From: Cytophagia bacterium
GTDB lineage: Bacteria; Bacteroidota; Bacteroidia; Cytophagales; Spirosomataceae
Direction of reading: 5' to 3'
Length of the DNA: 64,000 nucleotides
Assembly: GCA_004293645.1 (NCBI GenBank)
Contig: REAB01000053.1
Span: 1,182 to 65,181, forward strand
Positions 9,861 through 19,057 of this stretch are shown one piece after another (positions within the stretch are counted from its first letter, which is position 1; every line of letters starts with the position of its first letter). Under the pieces are notes generated by a model. It saw only the letters and a list, made by a program, of their open reading frames with translations, made no database searches and had not been told where the DNA came from. Both the position numbers and the translations under genes were made by a program.

Positions 9861-11666
9861 ATGAAAATCAAGTTTTCTTCCCTCTTTTTGGTGTTGCTTC
9901 CCATTTTTGTTTTTTTTGTTTTTTTCTGGATTTATGCCCTCAATGTAGGCTACGCCGACGATTTCCACGGCATTGAGGGTTTTTTGGCCAGTTGGATGCA
10001 ACAAGATACTTGGCAAGACAAACTCCACCTGCTTTTTTCGCAAATGTGTGAGCACCGTATTTTGTATGGGCGTTGCAGCACGTTACTCTCGCACGCTGTT
10101 TTTGGCGAAATAAACTATAAATTTTTGATGCTGTCGGGCGTGGCATATTTGTTGGTTTTGCCCTTTGTATTTTACCGTGTCTTGCGCCAACTAAACGTCG
10201 GATTGGCCTATTTAGCACCCATTGTATTTATTGTTTTCAACATTCAGCCCATCGAAAATATCTTTTGGGCAATGACCGTTTTGCAGCCCAACATTACGCT
10301 TATTTTTGGCATTTGGGCGCTCTATTTGCTAATATTTACCACCAAACCCGTGTATTTTTATGCGGCGGCTTTTTTGTGCTTTGTTTCGATGTTTACCAAC
10401 GGGAACGGCATGTTTTCTTACTTGGCGGCCATTCCAGTGGTGCTGTACTTGCGTTCTAAAAACGAAAAAATTCAGTGGTTTTCTTTTATCATTTTTTGCT
10501 TTGTAACCTATTTTTACGATTACAAGAATCCGGGTATTCGACCAGATGTAGGCAAAAATTTTACCGAATATCCACACCTCATCATCGGCGATTTTTTTGC
10601 TTTTTTTGGTTCACCCCTCGACAGCACCGTGCAGTTTTACAATATTTTGGTCAAAAATACCACGGCTATTGTAGGAGGCGTAATGCTGGTAGGCTGGCTG
10701 GCAGTTTTGCTGTTTACGTTTGCTTATTTTCAAATCAAAAATACAACCCCAAACAACTGGTTTTATGGGCTTTATCAAAATATGATGCGCCGTTTTAAAT
10801 TCAATTTATTTTTACTTTCCAATTTTATTTTTGTGAGTTTGAGCGGGGCAGCTTTTGCGGTTTCGCGGGCGAGCCAGGGGTTAGAACAAGCTTTCATGAC
10901 TCGCTATAAAAGCGTAGCTCTCATTTTGTTTGTGCTATTTTATTTGAGTTTTTTCAACGTTATTCGCGCCCAAAACTGGAAAAAGTACTTGCGCCTGAGC
11001 ATTACGCTGGCTTTTGGGTTCAATCTGTTTTCTTACTACGCCAGTTTTGACGATGTGGCCAACTACCGAAAATCTATGGCTATCACCATGGTAAATTGGC
11101 AAAACAACGGTCGCTATTTTTATTATCGAAACGGGGCAGAATCGCGCTACCCCGACGACCACGCCCCCATTACTACTTATCAAAAACTGCCCATTCCGCC
11201 CTACAATTACGCAGGTTTTGTACCAGGCATCATGAAATACGTCAATGATATTTTATTTATTGGGCGGGTTCATTTTAAAAATTACACCCCGCCTGCCGAG
11301 TTTGCTGTCCTCAATCGAGCATTGTTTAAAGGTAAAAGTGGTACTGATAATGTAGAAACCGTAACGATAACCGAAGAACCAAACACGATTCAAATTGAAA
11401 TTTTGAACGCCCAAATACCCGTCAATCAGATTTATGGAGGTTATTATGCGGTTTTTGTGGGCGAAGGCAACAAAATGGTTTTTCCACTCAACAACCAAGC
11501 CAATAAACTCAGTACTTTTTTGAGTACGCGGCGTTATTACAACAGCATTATTGACGTAAGATTGGCGAAGCCTGAGCTACCCACTGGCCAACTTACCATG
11601 CAGATAGGCCGATTGAGTGGAGATAATTTTGTGGTATTGGGTACGCAAGATATAACAGTAAAGTAG
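9861..11666 (+). CDS. Polytopic membrane protein of unknown function with a C-terminal soluble domain
   Basis: More than 10 hydrophobic segments are followed by a soluble domain of about 150 aa. I moved the start to MKIKFSSLF at 9861. Confidence 0.55.
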   Translation: MKIKFSSLFLVLLPIFVFFVFFWIYALNVGYADDFHGIEGFLASWMQQDTWQDKLHLLFSQMCEHRILYGRCSTLLSHAVFGEINYKFLMLSGVAYLLVLPFVFYRVLRQLNVGLAYLAPIVFIVFNIQPIENIFWAMTVLQPNITLIFGIWALYLLIFTTKPVYFYAAAFLCFVSMFTNGNGMFSYLAAIPVVLYLRSKNEKIQWFSFIIFCFVTYFYDYKNPGIRPDVGKNFTEYPHLIIGDFFAFFGSPLDSTVQFYNILVKNTTAIVGGVMLVGWLAVLLFTFAYFQIKNTTPNNWFYGLYQNMMRRFKFNLFLLSNFIFVSLSGAAFAVSRASQGLEQAFMTRYKSVALILFVLFYLSFFNVIRAQNWKKYLRLSITLAFGFNLFSYYASFDDVANYRKSMAITMVNWQNNGRYFYYRNGAESRYPDDHAPITTYQKLPIPPYNYAGFVPGIMKYVNDILFIGRVHFKNYTPPAEFAVLNRALFKGKSGTDNVETVTITEEPNTIQIEILNAQIPVNQIYGGYYAVFVGEGNKMVFPLNNQANKLSTFLSTRRYYNSIIDVRLAKPELPTGQLTMQIGRLSGDNFVVLGTQDITVK

Positions 11667-11745
11667 ATTTTTAGTTTTCTGCCATGCGCCATTTTACTGA
11701 AACATTTTCGGGTTTACCGTGATTCGTGGAAGTGCGAAAACAAAC

Positions 11746-11781
11746 AAAAAACGCCCTAAAACCTAATTTAGAGCGTTTTTT
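11746..11781. terminator. Bidirectional terminator hairpin
   Basis: The sequence is A-run, AACGCCCTAAA ... TTTAGAGCGTT, T-run. It lies between the plus-strand membrane gene and the minus-strand tRNA. Confidence 0.6.
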
Positions 11782-11812
11782 GTGTCAAATCACACTATGA
11801 TAAACTATTCGT

Positions 11813-11884
11813 GTGACCCATAGGGGAATCGAACCCCTGTTTCATCCGTGAAAGGGACGTGTCCTAACCGCTAGACGAATGGGC
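11813..11884 (-). tRNA. tRNA-Glu (anticodon UUC)
   Basis: I folded the cloverleaf by hand: acceptor GGCCCAU/AUGGGUC, D arm GUCU-AGCGGUUA-GGAC, anticodon arm CGUCC-CUUUCAC-GGAUG, T arm AGGGG-UUCGAUU-CCCCU, discriminator A. Length is 72 nt and no CCA is encoded. Confidence 0.9.
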
Positions 11885-11935
11885 CGACTGGTCCTACTTT
11901 CGCTTCAGGGTGGCAGTGCCTTTCTGAATTGTGGT

Positions 11936-11965
11936 GCAAAGATACGGTATTTTTTAAAGCGAGCA
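11936..11965 (-). promoter_or_regulatory. Bacteroidota-type promoter for tRNA-Glu (TTG-N19-TATCTTTG)
   Basis: The minus strand reads TTG ctcgctttaaaaaataccg TATCTTTG. This matches the -33 TTG / -7 TAnnTTTG consensus with 19-nt spacing, about 45 nt upstream of the tRNA 5' end. Confidence 0.6.
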
Positions 11966-12010
11966 ACTTTTGTGATAAAAATATTTCACTTTTTTGTCCA
12001 TAAATATTTT

Positions 12011-12847
12011 TTAAAGTGATTCATTCTTTAAAACCGATTCAACCATTTCTTGAATCATACCGGCGCCTACCGAATTAAAATGTAGGTTGTCGAAGGTAAG
12101 CAGGTTGCCATTTTGACGGGTAATGGTGTCCCAATCAGTGCCAAATATATGGTGCGCCAGTCCCGATTTGCGAATGAGCCAGTCGGTATCTTCAAAACGT
12201 GTTTTGGAAACTACGCCCGAGGCTTTCAAGAATTCTTTCTGTTTTTCGCGCAGCGGCAAGTAAATCACGCCTTCTTGCTGCGCTATTTTTTTGACGGCCT
12301 CGTTGTAGGTATCAGCCATTTGATTGACGGGGTGGCTGAGGTCTTCGCTCAAAATTGGAAACGACATGAGGCTTATTGTGGCCGAGGTTTCGCTTTTGAG
12401 GCGTTGAACAATGGCGGTTAGATTTTGGGTATAAGTTTGAAGCGAAGGTTGGTCGTTGCGGGTTACTTTGTTTAAGTCGTAATAGTTGTTTTTGTTGCCC
12501 ATTATAAAATTTACGTCATTGCCGCCAATCAGCAAATTGATGTAATGCGGCTGAACGGCAATAACATCGTCGAGCCGTCGTAGCAGCGTAAAACTTAAAT
12601 CAGCGTTTTTGCCTGCGTTAAAAAACTGGTAATCAGGGTTTTGTTTTGCCAAATCGGACACCCAGTCGTGGCTTATGTTGCCGTGCGTGATGCTGTCGCC
12701 CGCGCACACTACTATTTTTTTATGGGCCAATACCCGTGTTTTGTCGGGGTAGTTGGGGGCAGGTTTCATCAATTTTTCGACCAATCCACGGTAAGCGTAA
12801 TAACCGTAGGCCAGTAGCCCTGCCGCAAAAAAGAATAGATAAAGCAT
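12011..12847 (-). CDS. SGNH/GDSL family hydrolase
   Basis: Block I is VVCAGDSITHGN, block III is LLIGGNDVN, and a C-terminal DNLHFN supplies DxxH. Confidence 0.8.
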   Translation of the reverse strand: MLYLFFFAAGLLAYGYYAYRGLVEKLMKPAPNYPDKTRVLAHKKIVVCAGDSITHGNISHDWVSDLAKQNPDYQFFNAGKNADLSFTLLRRLDDVIAVQPHYINLLIGGNDVNFIMGNKNNYYDLNKVTRNDQPSLQTYTQNLTAIVQRLKSETSATISLMSFPILSEDLSHPVNQMADTYNEAVKKIAQQEGVIYLPLREKQKEFLKASGVVSKTRFEDTDWLIRKSGLAHHIFGTDWDTITRQNGNLLTFDNLHFNSVGAGMIQEMVESVLKNESL

Positions 12848-12910
12848 CGTATTGTTGGTTTATGTTGTTGTAAAACACGAATGTACAGGATAATAAATGC
12901 AATTCAAGCA

Positions 12911-12939
12911 AAAAAGGCGACCGAAAGGCCGCCTTTTTT
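12911..12939 (-). terminator. Intrinsic terminator after the GMC oxidoreductase gene
   Basis: AAAAAGGCGACC-GAAA-GGCCGCCTTTTTT; a GC stem flanked by A and T runs. Confidence 0.65.
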
Positions 12940-12960
12940 AGTTGAAAATATACGGGTAGT

Positions 12961-14676
12961 TTACAAATTTTTCTTTTTCAACTCATCAACGGCAAACTTG
13001 GCCGCACGCGCGGTGAGTGCCATATACGTAAGCGATGGATTGACGCACGAGGCCGAAGTCATAGCGGCACCATCGGTCATGAAGACGTTTTTGCAGCTAT
13101 GCACCTGACTGTTGGCGTTCAACACCGACGTTTTGGGGTCTTTGCCCATGCGAGCGGTGCCCATTTCGTGGATACCGATGCCCGGATTTTTGCTGGTATC
13201 GTTGTACGTATTTACGTTTTTCAAACCTGCGGCTTCGAGCATTTCGGCGGCATCGTTCATCATGTCAATGCGCATTTTACGTTCGTTTTCGCCGTAAGCA
13301 GCGTCAAATACCACCACTGGCAAGCCCCATTTGTCTTTTTGAGTAGGGTGCAGCGTAAAGCGGTTCGACTCGTCAGGAATTACCTCTCCGAAGCCACCGA
13401 GGCCCATTGTCCAGCCGCCTGGCTCGGTGAGCGACTCTTTGAAGGCCGCTCCAAAACCTGGAATGCTAGTACCACGGCCCCAGCCGCCACGACCTGCACC
13501 ACCTTGGTAGCCAAAACCACGGAGGTAGTCGCGCTTGTCATTGCCCCAGTTGCGGTAGCGTGGCACATACACACCATTGGGGCGGCGGCCAAAGTAATAT
13601 TGATCGCCGTAGCCATCGAAAGAGCCAGAAGCACCCACGGCCAAGTGGTGGTCCATGATGTTGCGGCCCAGTTGGTCGGAGTCGTTGCCGAGGCCATTGG
13701 GGAAGCGGCTCGATTTGGAGTTCATCAAAATAGAAGCCGACGGAATGGCCGAGGCGTTCATGAAAATAATTTTGGCGTAATATTCTTTGACCTCCATTGT
13801 GTTTTGGTCAATGGTGCGTACGCCCGTGGCCTTGCCTTTTTTCTCGTCGTACATTACCTCCGTCACAATTTTGTTGGGTACGAGCGTGAGGCGGCCTGTT
13901 TTCATGGCGGCAGGCATCGTAGCCGACTGCGTACTAAAATAAGCGCCAAACGGACAACCGCGCATACACATATTGCGATATTGGCAGGCGGCACGCCCTA
14001 AAGCCGAATGCCAAGTTTGGGGTTTGGTGAGGTGCGCCACGCGACCAATGGTGATGGTGCGGCCCATTTTTTTCATTACCTCGCCTTTTACGTGTTTTTC
14101 GAGGCAGTTTAGCTCCATGGCGGGCAAAAAATCACTATCGGGCAGTACCGACAAGTTGTCTTTTGAGCCACTTACGCCCGTAAACTTCTCAACGTGGCTG
14201 TACCAAGGAGCTAAGTCTTTGTAGCGAATGGGCCAATCTACCGATATGCCGTCTTTGGCGTTGGCCATAAAATCTTCTTCGTTCCAGCGGTAAGTTTGGC
14301 GGCCCCACAGCAACGAGCGGCCACCCACGTGGTAAGCCCGAATCCAGTCGAAACCGCGCGTTTCTAAGTACGGATTTTGTTTGTCGTTTTCAAACAAGTA
14401 GCGGTGTTCTTCGTTGGCGGTGTAGCCAGTGCGCATTCCAGCCCAGTATTCTTCGGCGGCCATGTTGTCGGGGCGGCCACGGTGCTGAAATTCCCACGGG
14501 GCTTTCATGGCGGTTTCGTAACCTTCAATGTGTTTTACGTCGCGGCCTCGCTCCAAGCACACCACGCGCAAGCCGCGCTCGGTGAGTTCTTTCATGGCCC
14601 AACCACCGCTTATGCCAGAGCCTACTACAATGGCATCGTACGTTTGGTCTTTTTGAGCATCTATGTTTAAATACAT
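12961..14676 (-). CDS. GMC family FAD-dependent oxidoreductase (large subunit)
   Basis: It has an N-terminal Rossmann motif (DAIVVGSGISGG) and a GMC-type C-terminus. I moved the start to MYLNID at 14676. Confidence 0.85.
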   Translation of the reverse strand: MYLNIDAQKDQTYDAIVVGSGISGGWAMKELTERGLRVVCLERGRDVKHIEGYETAMKAPWEFQHRGRPDNMAAEEYWAGMRTGYTANEEHRYLFENDKQNPYLETRGFDWIRAYHVGGRSLLWGRQTYRWNEEDFMANAKDGISVDWPIRYKDLAPWYSHVEKFTGVSGSKDNLSVLPDSDFLPAMELNCLEKHVKGEVMKKMGRTITIGRVAHLTKPQTWHSALGRAACQYRNMCMRGCPFGAYFSTQSATMPAAMKTGRLTLVPNKIVTEVMYDEKKGKATGVRTIDQNTMEVKEYYAKIIFMNASAIPSASILMNSKSSRFPNGLGNDSDQLGRNIMDHHLAVGASGSFDGYGDQYYFGRRPNGVYVPRYRNWGNDKRDYLRGFGYQGGAGRGGWGRGTSIPGFGAAFKESLTEPGGWTMGLGGFGEVIPDESNRFTLHPTQKDKWGLPVVVFDAAYGENERKMRIDMMNDAAEMLEAAGLKNVNTYNDTSKNPGIGIHEMGTARMGKDPKTSVLNANSQVHSCKNVFMTDGAAMTSASCVNPSLTYMALTARAAKFAVDELKKKNL

Positions 14677-14690
14677 TTTTGTAATGATGA

Positions 14691-14786
14691 ATGTTGAATG
14701 TTTGAATGAGAGAATGTTGAATGTTTGAATGAGAGAATATTTGAATGAAAAATTATTCAATAACTCAAAACTCAATAACTCAAAAC
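14691..14786. repeat. Intercistronic tandem repeats (2 x 23 bp and 2 x 15 bp)
   Basis: ATGTTGAATGTTTGAATGAGAGA occurs at 14691-14713 and 14714-14736. TCAATAACTCAAAAC occurs at 14757-14771 and 14772-14786. Confidence 0.85.
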
Positions 14787-14790
14787 TAAA

Positions 14791-15417
14791 TTAAAGTGCG
14801 TAAGCCTTGTCGCCTTTTTTGTACGGAATACAACCTTCGTATTTGCCAGGAATTGGCACGTAGTTGAGGGCTTTGGTAGCGCCTTCTTCGGACGTAAAAT
14901 AGCCAAAAAGCGTCAGTTCTTTCATCAAACGCCAAAAGGGTGTTCCTTTCAGTTTTTTGCCTTCTACTACTTCTTTGTCCACGTTGTCGCCCACTTTTAC
15001 TTGCTTTACGTTGGCGTTTTTCATCAACTCCATCGTGTCTTTTTCAATTTGGGTTAGCAAGGCAGTTTGCTCGGCGGGGGTGGTTTCCAAAAACTTTTTG
15101 TTGTGGACTTTCATGGCGCGGGCATCGGCATCGGCCAAGCCTTCCACAAAATTTTGTTGCTCTTGAGCGCGGTAGCAATCTTTGAGCATCAACTCAATAA
15201 ACGGCCCCACTTTGGCATCTTTCGCCCCTGGGGTGCTGGTGCGCGGAATGATAATGTCGGCAATTTCGCTCACCAAAGCGCGTTGGGCATCGTTCAGTAC
15301 AAAATCGGCACTGGTGTTTAAGGTGGCGGGGTTGTTGCCAAAGGCCATCAAAGTGGGAGCTGAAAGCGTACCACCCATCAATAAGGCTACTCTCGATAAG
15401 GCTTCTCTGCGATTCAT
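14791..15417 (-). CDS. Gluconate 2-dehydrogenase subunit 3-like protein with Tat signal (small subunit of the GMC enzyme)
   Basis: It has a twin-arginine leader (MNRREALSRVALLMGG) and sits directly upstream of the GMC gene. I moved the start to 15417. Confidence 0.75.
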   Translation of the reverse strand: MNRREALSRVALLMGGTLSAPTLMAFGNNPATLNTSADFVLNDAQRALVSEIADIIIPRTSTPGAKDAKVGPFIELMLKDCYRAQEQQNFVEGLADADARAMKVHNKKFLETTPAEQTALLTQIEKDTMELMKNANVKQVKVGDNVDKEVVEGKKLKGTPFWRLMKELTLFGYFTSEEGATKALNYVPIPGKYEGCIPYKKGDKAYAL

Positions 15418-15603
15418 TGTAGTTAGGAAAAAGGTAAAACGGAATAAAGTGTAAAAATACGTGGTTTTTGTGCAAAACTGTGCGCAACATAGCAAGTTTT
15501 TCGACCAAGTCGAACATTTTAACGATAAATAAACCGTGCCTGTGCTTCATTGTTAGAAAAAACAATTAATTTGTGATTCTTAAACCTCTTTCTACTTGTT
15601 ACA

Positions 15604-16839
15604 ATGGTACTCAATTACCTCTGGATTGGCTTTTTTGTGGTGGCGTTTGTGGTGGCTTTGGCCAAACTCATCTTCTTGGGAGACACCGAAATTTTCAAGA
15701 TCATTGTCGAAGGAATATTCGACTCATCCAAAGTAGCCGTCATGGACATTGCCCTGCCGCTGACGGGGGTAATGACGTTTTTTTTGGGGTTGCTCAACGT
15801 GGGCGAAAAAGGCGGGGCAATCAATGTACTGGCGCGGGCCATTGGACCATTTTTCAACAAACTGTTTCCCGAAGTACCCGCCAACCACCCCGCCAACGGC
15901 CAAATGATTATGAATTTTTCGGCCAATATGCTCGGCCTCGACAACGCCGCTACGCCTTTTGGCCTCAAAGCCATGCAGAGTTTGCAAGAGCTTAATCCCA
16001 ACAAAGAGGTTGCCTCCAACGCCCAAATCATGTTTTTGGTGCTGCATACGTCGGGTCTTACCATTATTCCGCTCAATATCATGGCGCAGCGGGCTATTTT
16101 GGGGGCGCAAGACCCGTCCGATATTTTTATTCCGTGTTTGGTAGGCACGTACGTTACCACGGTGGTGAGCTTGCTGCTGGTGGCCATTTATCAGCGCATC
16201 AACCTTTGGAACCGCACCGTGGTGCTGGGTTTGGGCGGCGTAACGGCCTTTTTGGGCTTGGTGCTGTGGTATTTGTCGAGCTTGCCAAAAGAAGAGTTGG
16301 AGCAATTCTCAAAAGTAACGGGCAATTTGATTTTGATGACCATTATCCTGACTTTTCTGCTGATGGCTTGGCGCAAAGGCGTGGATATTTTTCCTACTTT
16401 TATTGAAGGAGCTAAGGGCGGCATCGAAACCTCGCTCAAAGTAATTCCGTATTTGGTGGGTATGTTGGTGGCTATCGGTGCGTTTCGCAACTCGGGGGCT
16501 ATGAACTACATCGTGGACGGCCTCAAATGGGTGATTGGCCTCACGGGCGTAAACACCGATTTTACCGACGCGCTGCCCGTGGCGTTGATGAAGCCTTTTA
16601 GCAGCGCGGGCGCACGGGCATTGATGATTGAGAGCATGAAGCAGTTTGGCCCCGACTCGTTTGTGGGGCGGTTGGTGTGCATTTTTCAAGGCTCGGCCGA
16701 TACCACGCTCTACATTGTGGCCTTGTATTTTGGCTCAGTTGGCATCAAAAAAACCCGCTACGCCATCGGGGCAGGCTTAATAGCCGACTTCGTGGGCGTA
16801 ATCGCGGGTATTTTGTTGGGCTATTTCTTTTTTCATTGA
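15604..16839 (+). CDS. Nucleoside-recognition domain membrane protein (SpmA/SpmB-like fusion)
   Basis: It is a polytopic membrane protein with an N-terminal half typical of SpmA-type proteins (LPLTGVMTFFLGLLNVGEKGG). Confidence 0.7.
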   Translation: MVLNYLWIGFFVVAFVVALAKLIFLGDTEIFKIIVEGIFDSSKVAVMDIALPLTGVMTFFLGLLNVGEKGGAINVLARAIGPFFNKLFPEVPANHPANGQMIMNFSANMLGLDNAATPFGLKAMQSLQELNPNKEVASNAQIMFLVLHTSGLTIIPLNIMAQRAILGAQDPSDIFIPCLVGTYVTTVVSLLLVAIYQRINLWNRTVVLGLGGVTAFLGLVLWYLSSLPKEELEQFSKVTGNLILMTIILTFLLMAWRKGVDIFPTFIEGAKGGIETSLKVIPYLVGMLVAIGAFRNSGAMNYIVDGLKWVIGLTGVNTDFTDALPVALMKPFSSAGARALMIESMKQFGPDSFVGRLVCIFQGSADTTLYIVALYFGSVGIKKTRYAIGAGLIADFVGVIAGILLGYFFFH

Positions 16840-18197
16840 ATCAAAATCGCCTTAACCTGCTCTAAATCAGTCTTTTGTTGCTCACCCGTTTTGAGGTTTT
16901 TGAGCGACAATTGCCCCGTTCGTATTTCTTCTGAACCAATAATCAACACAAACGGAATGTGTTTGCGGTCGGCGTATTCAAACTGTTTTTTGAGCTTGGT
17001 GGCTTCGGGATATATCTCGGCGTTGATGCCTGCTTCGCGCAGTTGGCGCAATACGTTGAGGCCGTAAGATTGGGCAACTTCATCAAAATTGGTGAGCATT
17101 ACTTGCGTACTAACTGCCTGATTTTCGGAAAATAACCCCAATTCTTCGAGTACATCATAAATGCGATCTACGCCAAACGAAATGCCCACGCCCGACAGCC
17201 CAGGCATCCCAAAAGTACCCGTGAGGTTGTCGTAGCGGCCACCCCCCGAAATGCTGCCCATTTGCACACCGTTGGCTTTTACCTCAAAAATAGCTCCTGT
17301 GTAGTAGCTGAGGCCGCGCGCCAGCGTGAGGTCAAGCTCCATTTGCGGGTTTTGGAGGCCAAACTGCGCTACCAATTGCCACACTTTTTCGAGTTCAGTT
17401 ATGCCATTTAAACCTATTTCGGAAGTAGCCAGCCAAGTGCGGAGGTCGTTGAAGAGGGTGGTGTGGTCAGCTCCTAATTTGAAAATAGGTTGCAATTTCA
17501 AGATGGTTTCGTCCGAAAACCCGCGTTCGCGCAGTTCGGCTTCTACTTTTTCTTGGCCTATTTTGTCGAGTTTGTCAATGGCTACGCAAAGGGTAGTTTC
17601 TTGGCCAAGTGCGCCAATTACCTCGGCAATGCCGCTCAATACTTTTCGATTGTTGATTTTTACGGTAAAATTTTCCAAGCCCAATCCGCGCAGCACCTCG
17701 TGGAGCATCAGCACAATTTCGGCTTCACAAATGAGCGAATCGGTGCCTACCACGTCGGCATCGCACTGGTAAAACTCGCGGTAGCGGCCTTTTTGGGGGC
17801 GGTCGGCGCGCCACACGGGCTGAATCTGGTACCGCTTGAAGGGCATGGCCAGTTCGCCACGGTTCATGACCACGTACCGCGCAAACGGCACGGTCAGGTC
17901 GTAGCGGAGGCCTTTTTCCGAGATTTTGGGAGTCAATTTTTTGTATCCCTCTTGCCAATCTGTTTCGGTGAGTTTTTCCGAAAAATTGCCCGAGTTGAGC
18001 ACTTTAAAGAGCAGTTGGTCGCCTTCATCGCCGTACTTACCCATCAGCACCGAGAGATTTTCCATGGTGGGGGTTTCGAGCGGGGCAAAGCCGTAACGTT
18101 GAAACACTTGTCGAATGGTGTCAAAAATATAATTTCGTTTGGCCATTTGCGCGGGTCCAAAGTCGCGCGTGCCGCGCACCAAAGCAGGTTTTGTCAT
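16833..18197 (-). CDS. hisS: Histidine--tRNA ligase
   Basis: It has class II motifs and HisRS signatures (ARGLSYYTGAIFE, GGGRYDNL). I moved the start to MTKPALVRGTRDF at 18197. Confidence 0.9.
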   Translation of the reverse strand: MTKPALVRGTRDFGPAQMAKRNYIFDTIRQVFQRYGFAPLETPTMENLSVLMGKYGDEGDQLLFKVLNSGNFSEKLTETDWQEGYKKLTPKISEKGLRYDLTVPFARYVVMNRGELAMPFKRYQIQPVWRADRPQKGRYREFYQCDADVVGTDSLICEAEIVLMLHEVLRGLGLENFTVKINNRKVLSGIAEVIGALGQETTLCVAIDKLDKIGQEKVEAELRERGFSDETILKLQPIFKLGADHTTLFNDLRTWLATSEIGLNGITELEKVWQLVAQFGLQNPQMELDLTLARGLSYYTGAIFEVKANGVQMGSISGGGRYDNLTGTFGMPGLSGVGISFGVDRIYDVLEELGLFSENQAVSTQVMLTNFDEVAQSYGLNVLRQLREAGINAEIYPEATKLKKQFEYADRKHIPFVLIIGSEEIRTGQLSLKNLKTGEQQKTDLEQVKAILIQ

Positions 18198-18339
18198 GTT
18201 GTTGGAATGGGTATATGAGCGGCCAATGGCCAGAATAAACCACAAAGTTAGCCCACACTATTAAAATTTAGGGGTTTGACTTCGTTTTTTTGAAAAAAAA
18301 CACTATTTTTGCGCCTCAATTTGCAAAATCAATACGACA

Positions 18340-18492
18340 ATGGCAGTAACTAAATTAGACCGCAAACTTCGCAGAACGAAGGCTGTTCCCAAAAACGCGA
18401 AAGAGCGTATCAAGCAATTGCTTTGGAAACCAGAAATTAAAAAAGTAGATATTGAAGTCTTGAAAGCAGAATTTGCTACCAAGAAGGCTTAA
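18340..18492 (+). CDS. Small, very basic hypothetical protein (50 aa), below the ORF-track size cut-off
   Basis: My translation is MAVTKLDRKLRRTKAVPKNAKERIKQLLWKPEIKKVDIEVLKAEFATKKA. It fills an otherwise empty gap and is followed by a strong terminator. Confidence 0.45.
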   Translation: MAVTKLDRKLRRTKAVPKNAKERIKQLLWKPEIKKVDIEVLKAEFATKKA

Positions 18493-18512
18493 ATTTCCAA
18501 GCAGGCTTTTTG

Positions 18513-18565
18513 AAAATGAGTAAATGAAACCGTAAGCGTTGCTGCTTTTCATTTACTCATTTTTT
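18513..18565. terminator. Bidirectional terminator with a 17-bp stem
   Basis: AAAATGAGTAAATGAAA ... TTTCATTTACTCATTTT. It lies between convergent genes and overlaps the stop codon of 18553..18927. Confidence 0.75.
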
Positions 18566-18927
18566 ATGGGCTTATTTCCCGCGTTTGGGCTGGGTTTTGT
18601 GCTTTTCTTCTTTGTGGCTTCCATTGCTTTTTCCATTTTCTTGAACTTTCGGCGCAGTTCGCGGCGATAGTGCAGCTGCACCCTAAAAATAACGGCTTGC
18701 CCCAGCAACGAAAGGCCGCCATTGATTAAAATGAGGCTGTAAGTGCCTAACAGAAACCATTTTATGAAGGGCGCACCCGTATGTTTGAGGTGTCCTGCTT
18801 CGCTAAATGTGCAGAGGCCGTAGCCAATCAAAGCCAAGCTAATTGGCGACAGCAGCATCCATTTGGTACGGGTACTCATTCGATTTACTAATTTTTGGCC
18901 CGGTGGTTTAGTGGTTTTTGGTATCAT
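18553..18927 (-). CDS. Small membrane protein with a basic C-terminal tail
   Basis: It has two or three hydrophobic helices followed by a K/R-rich tail. Confidence 0.5.
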   Translation of the reverse strand: MIPKTTKPPGQKLVNRMSTRTKWMLLSPISLALIGYGLCTFSEAGHLKHTGAPFIKWFLLGTYSLILINGGLSLLGQAVIFRVQLHYRRELRRKFKKMEKAMEATKKKSTKPSPNAGNKPIKNE

Positions 18928-19057
18928 TTTTGGGGGTATCGGTTAATTGGTGTCTGTTTAGAACGAAAAATTAACACAAAATACGTTATTTTGCCTAACT
19001 TATTCAAATAGACGCTTCGGAGCGAAGTTATTCAATTGGCAAAACAAAAAATTTAGA

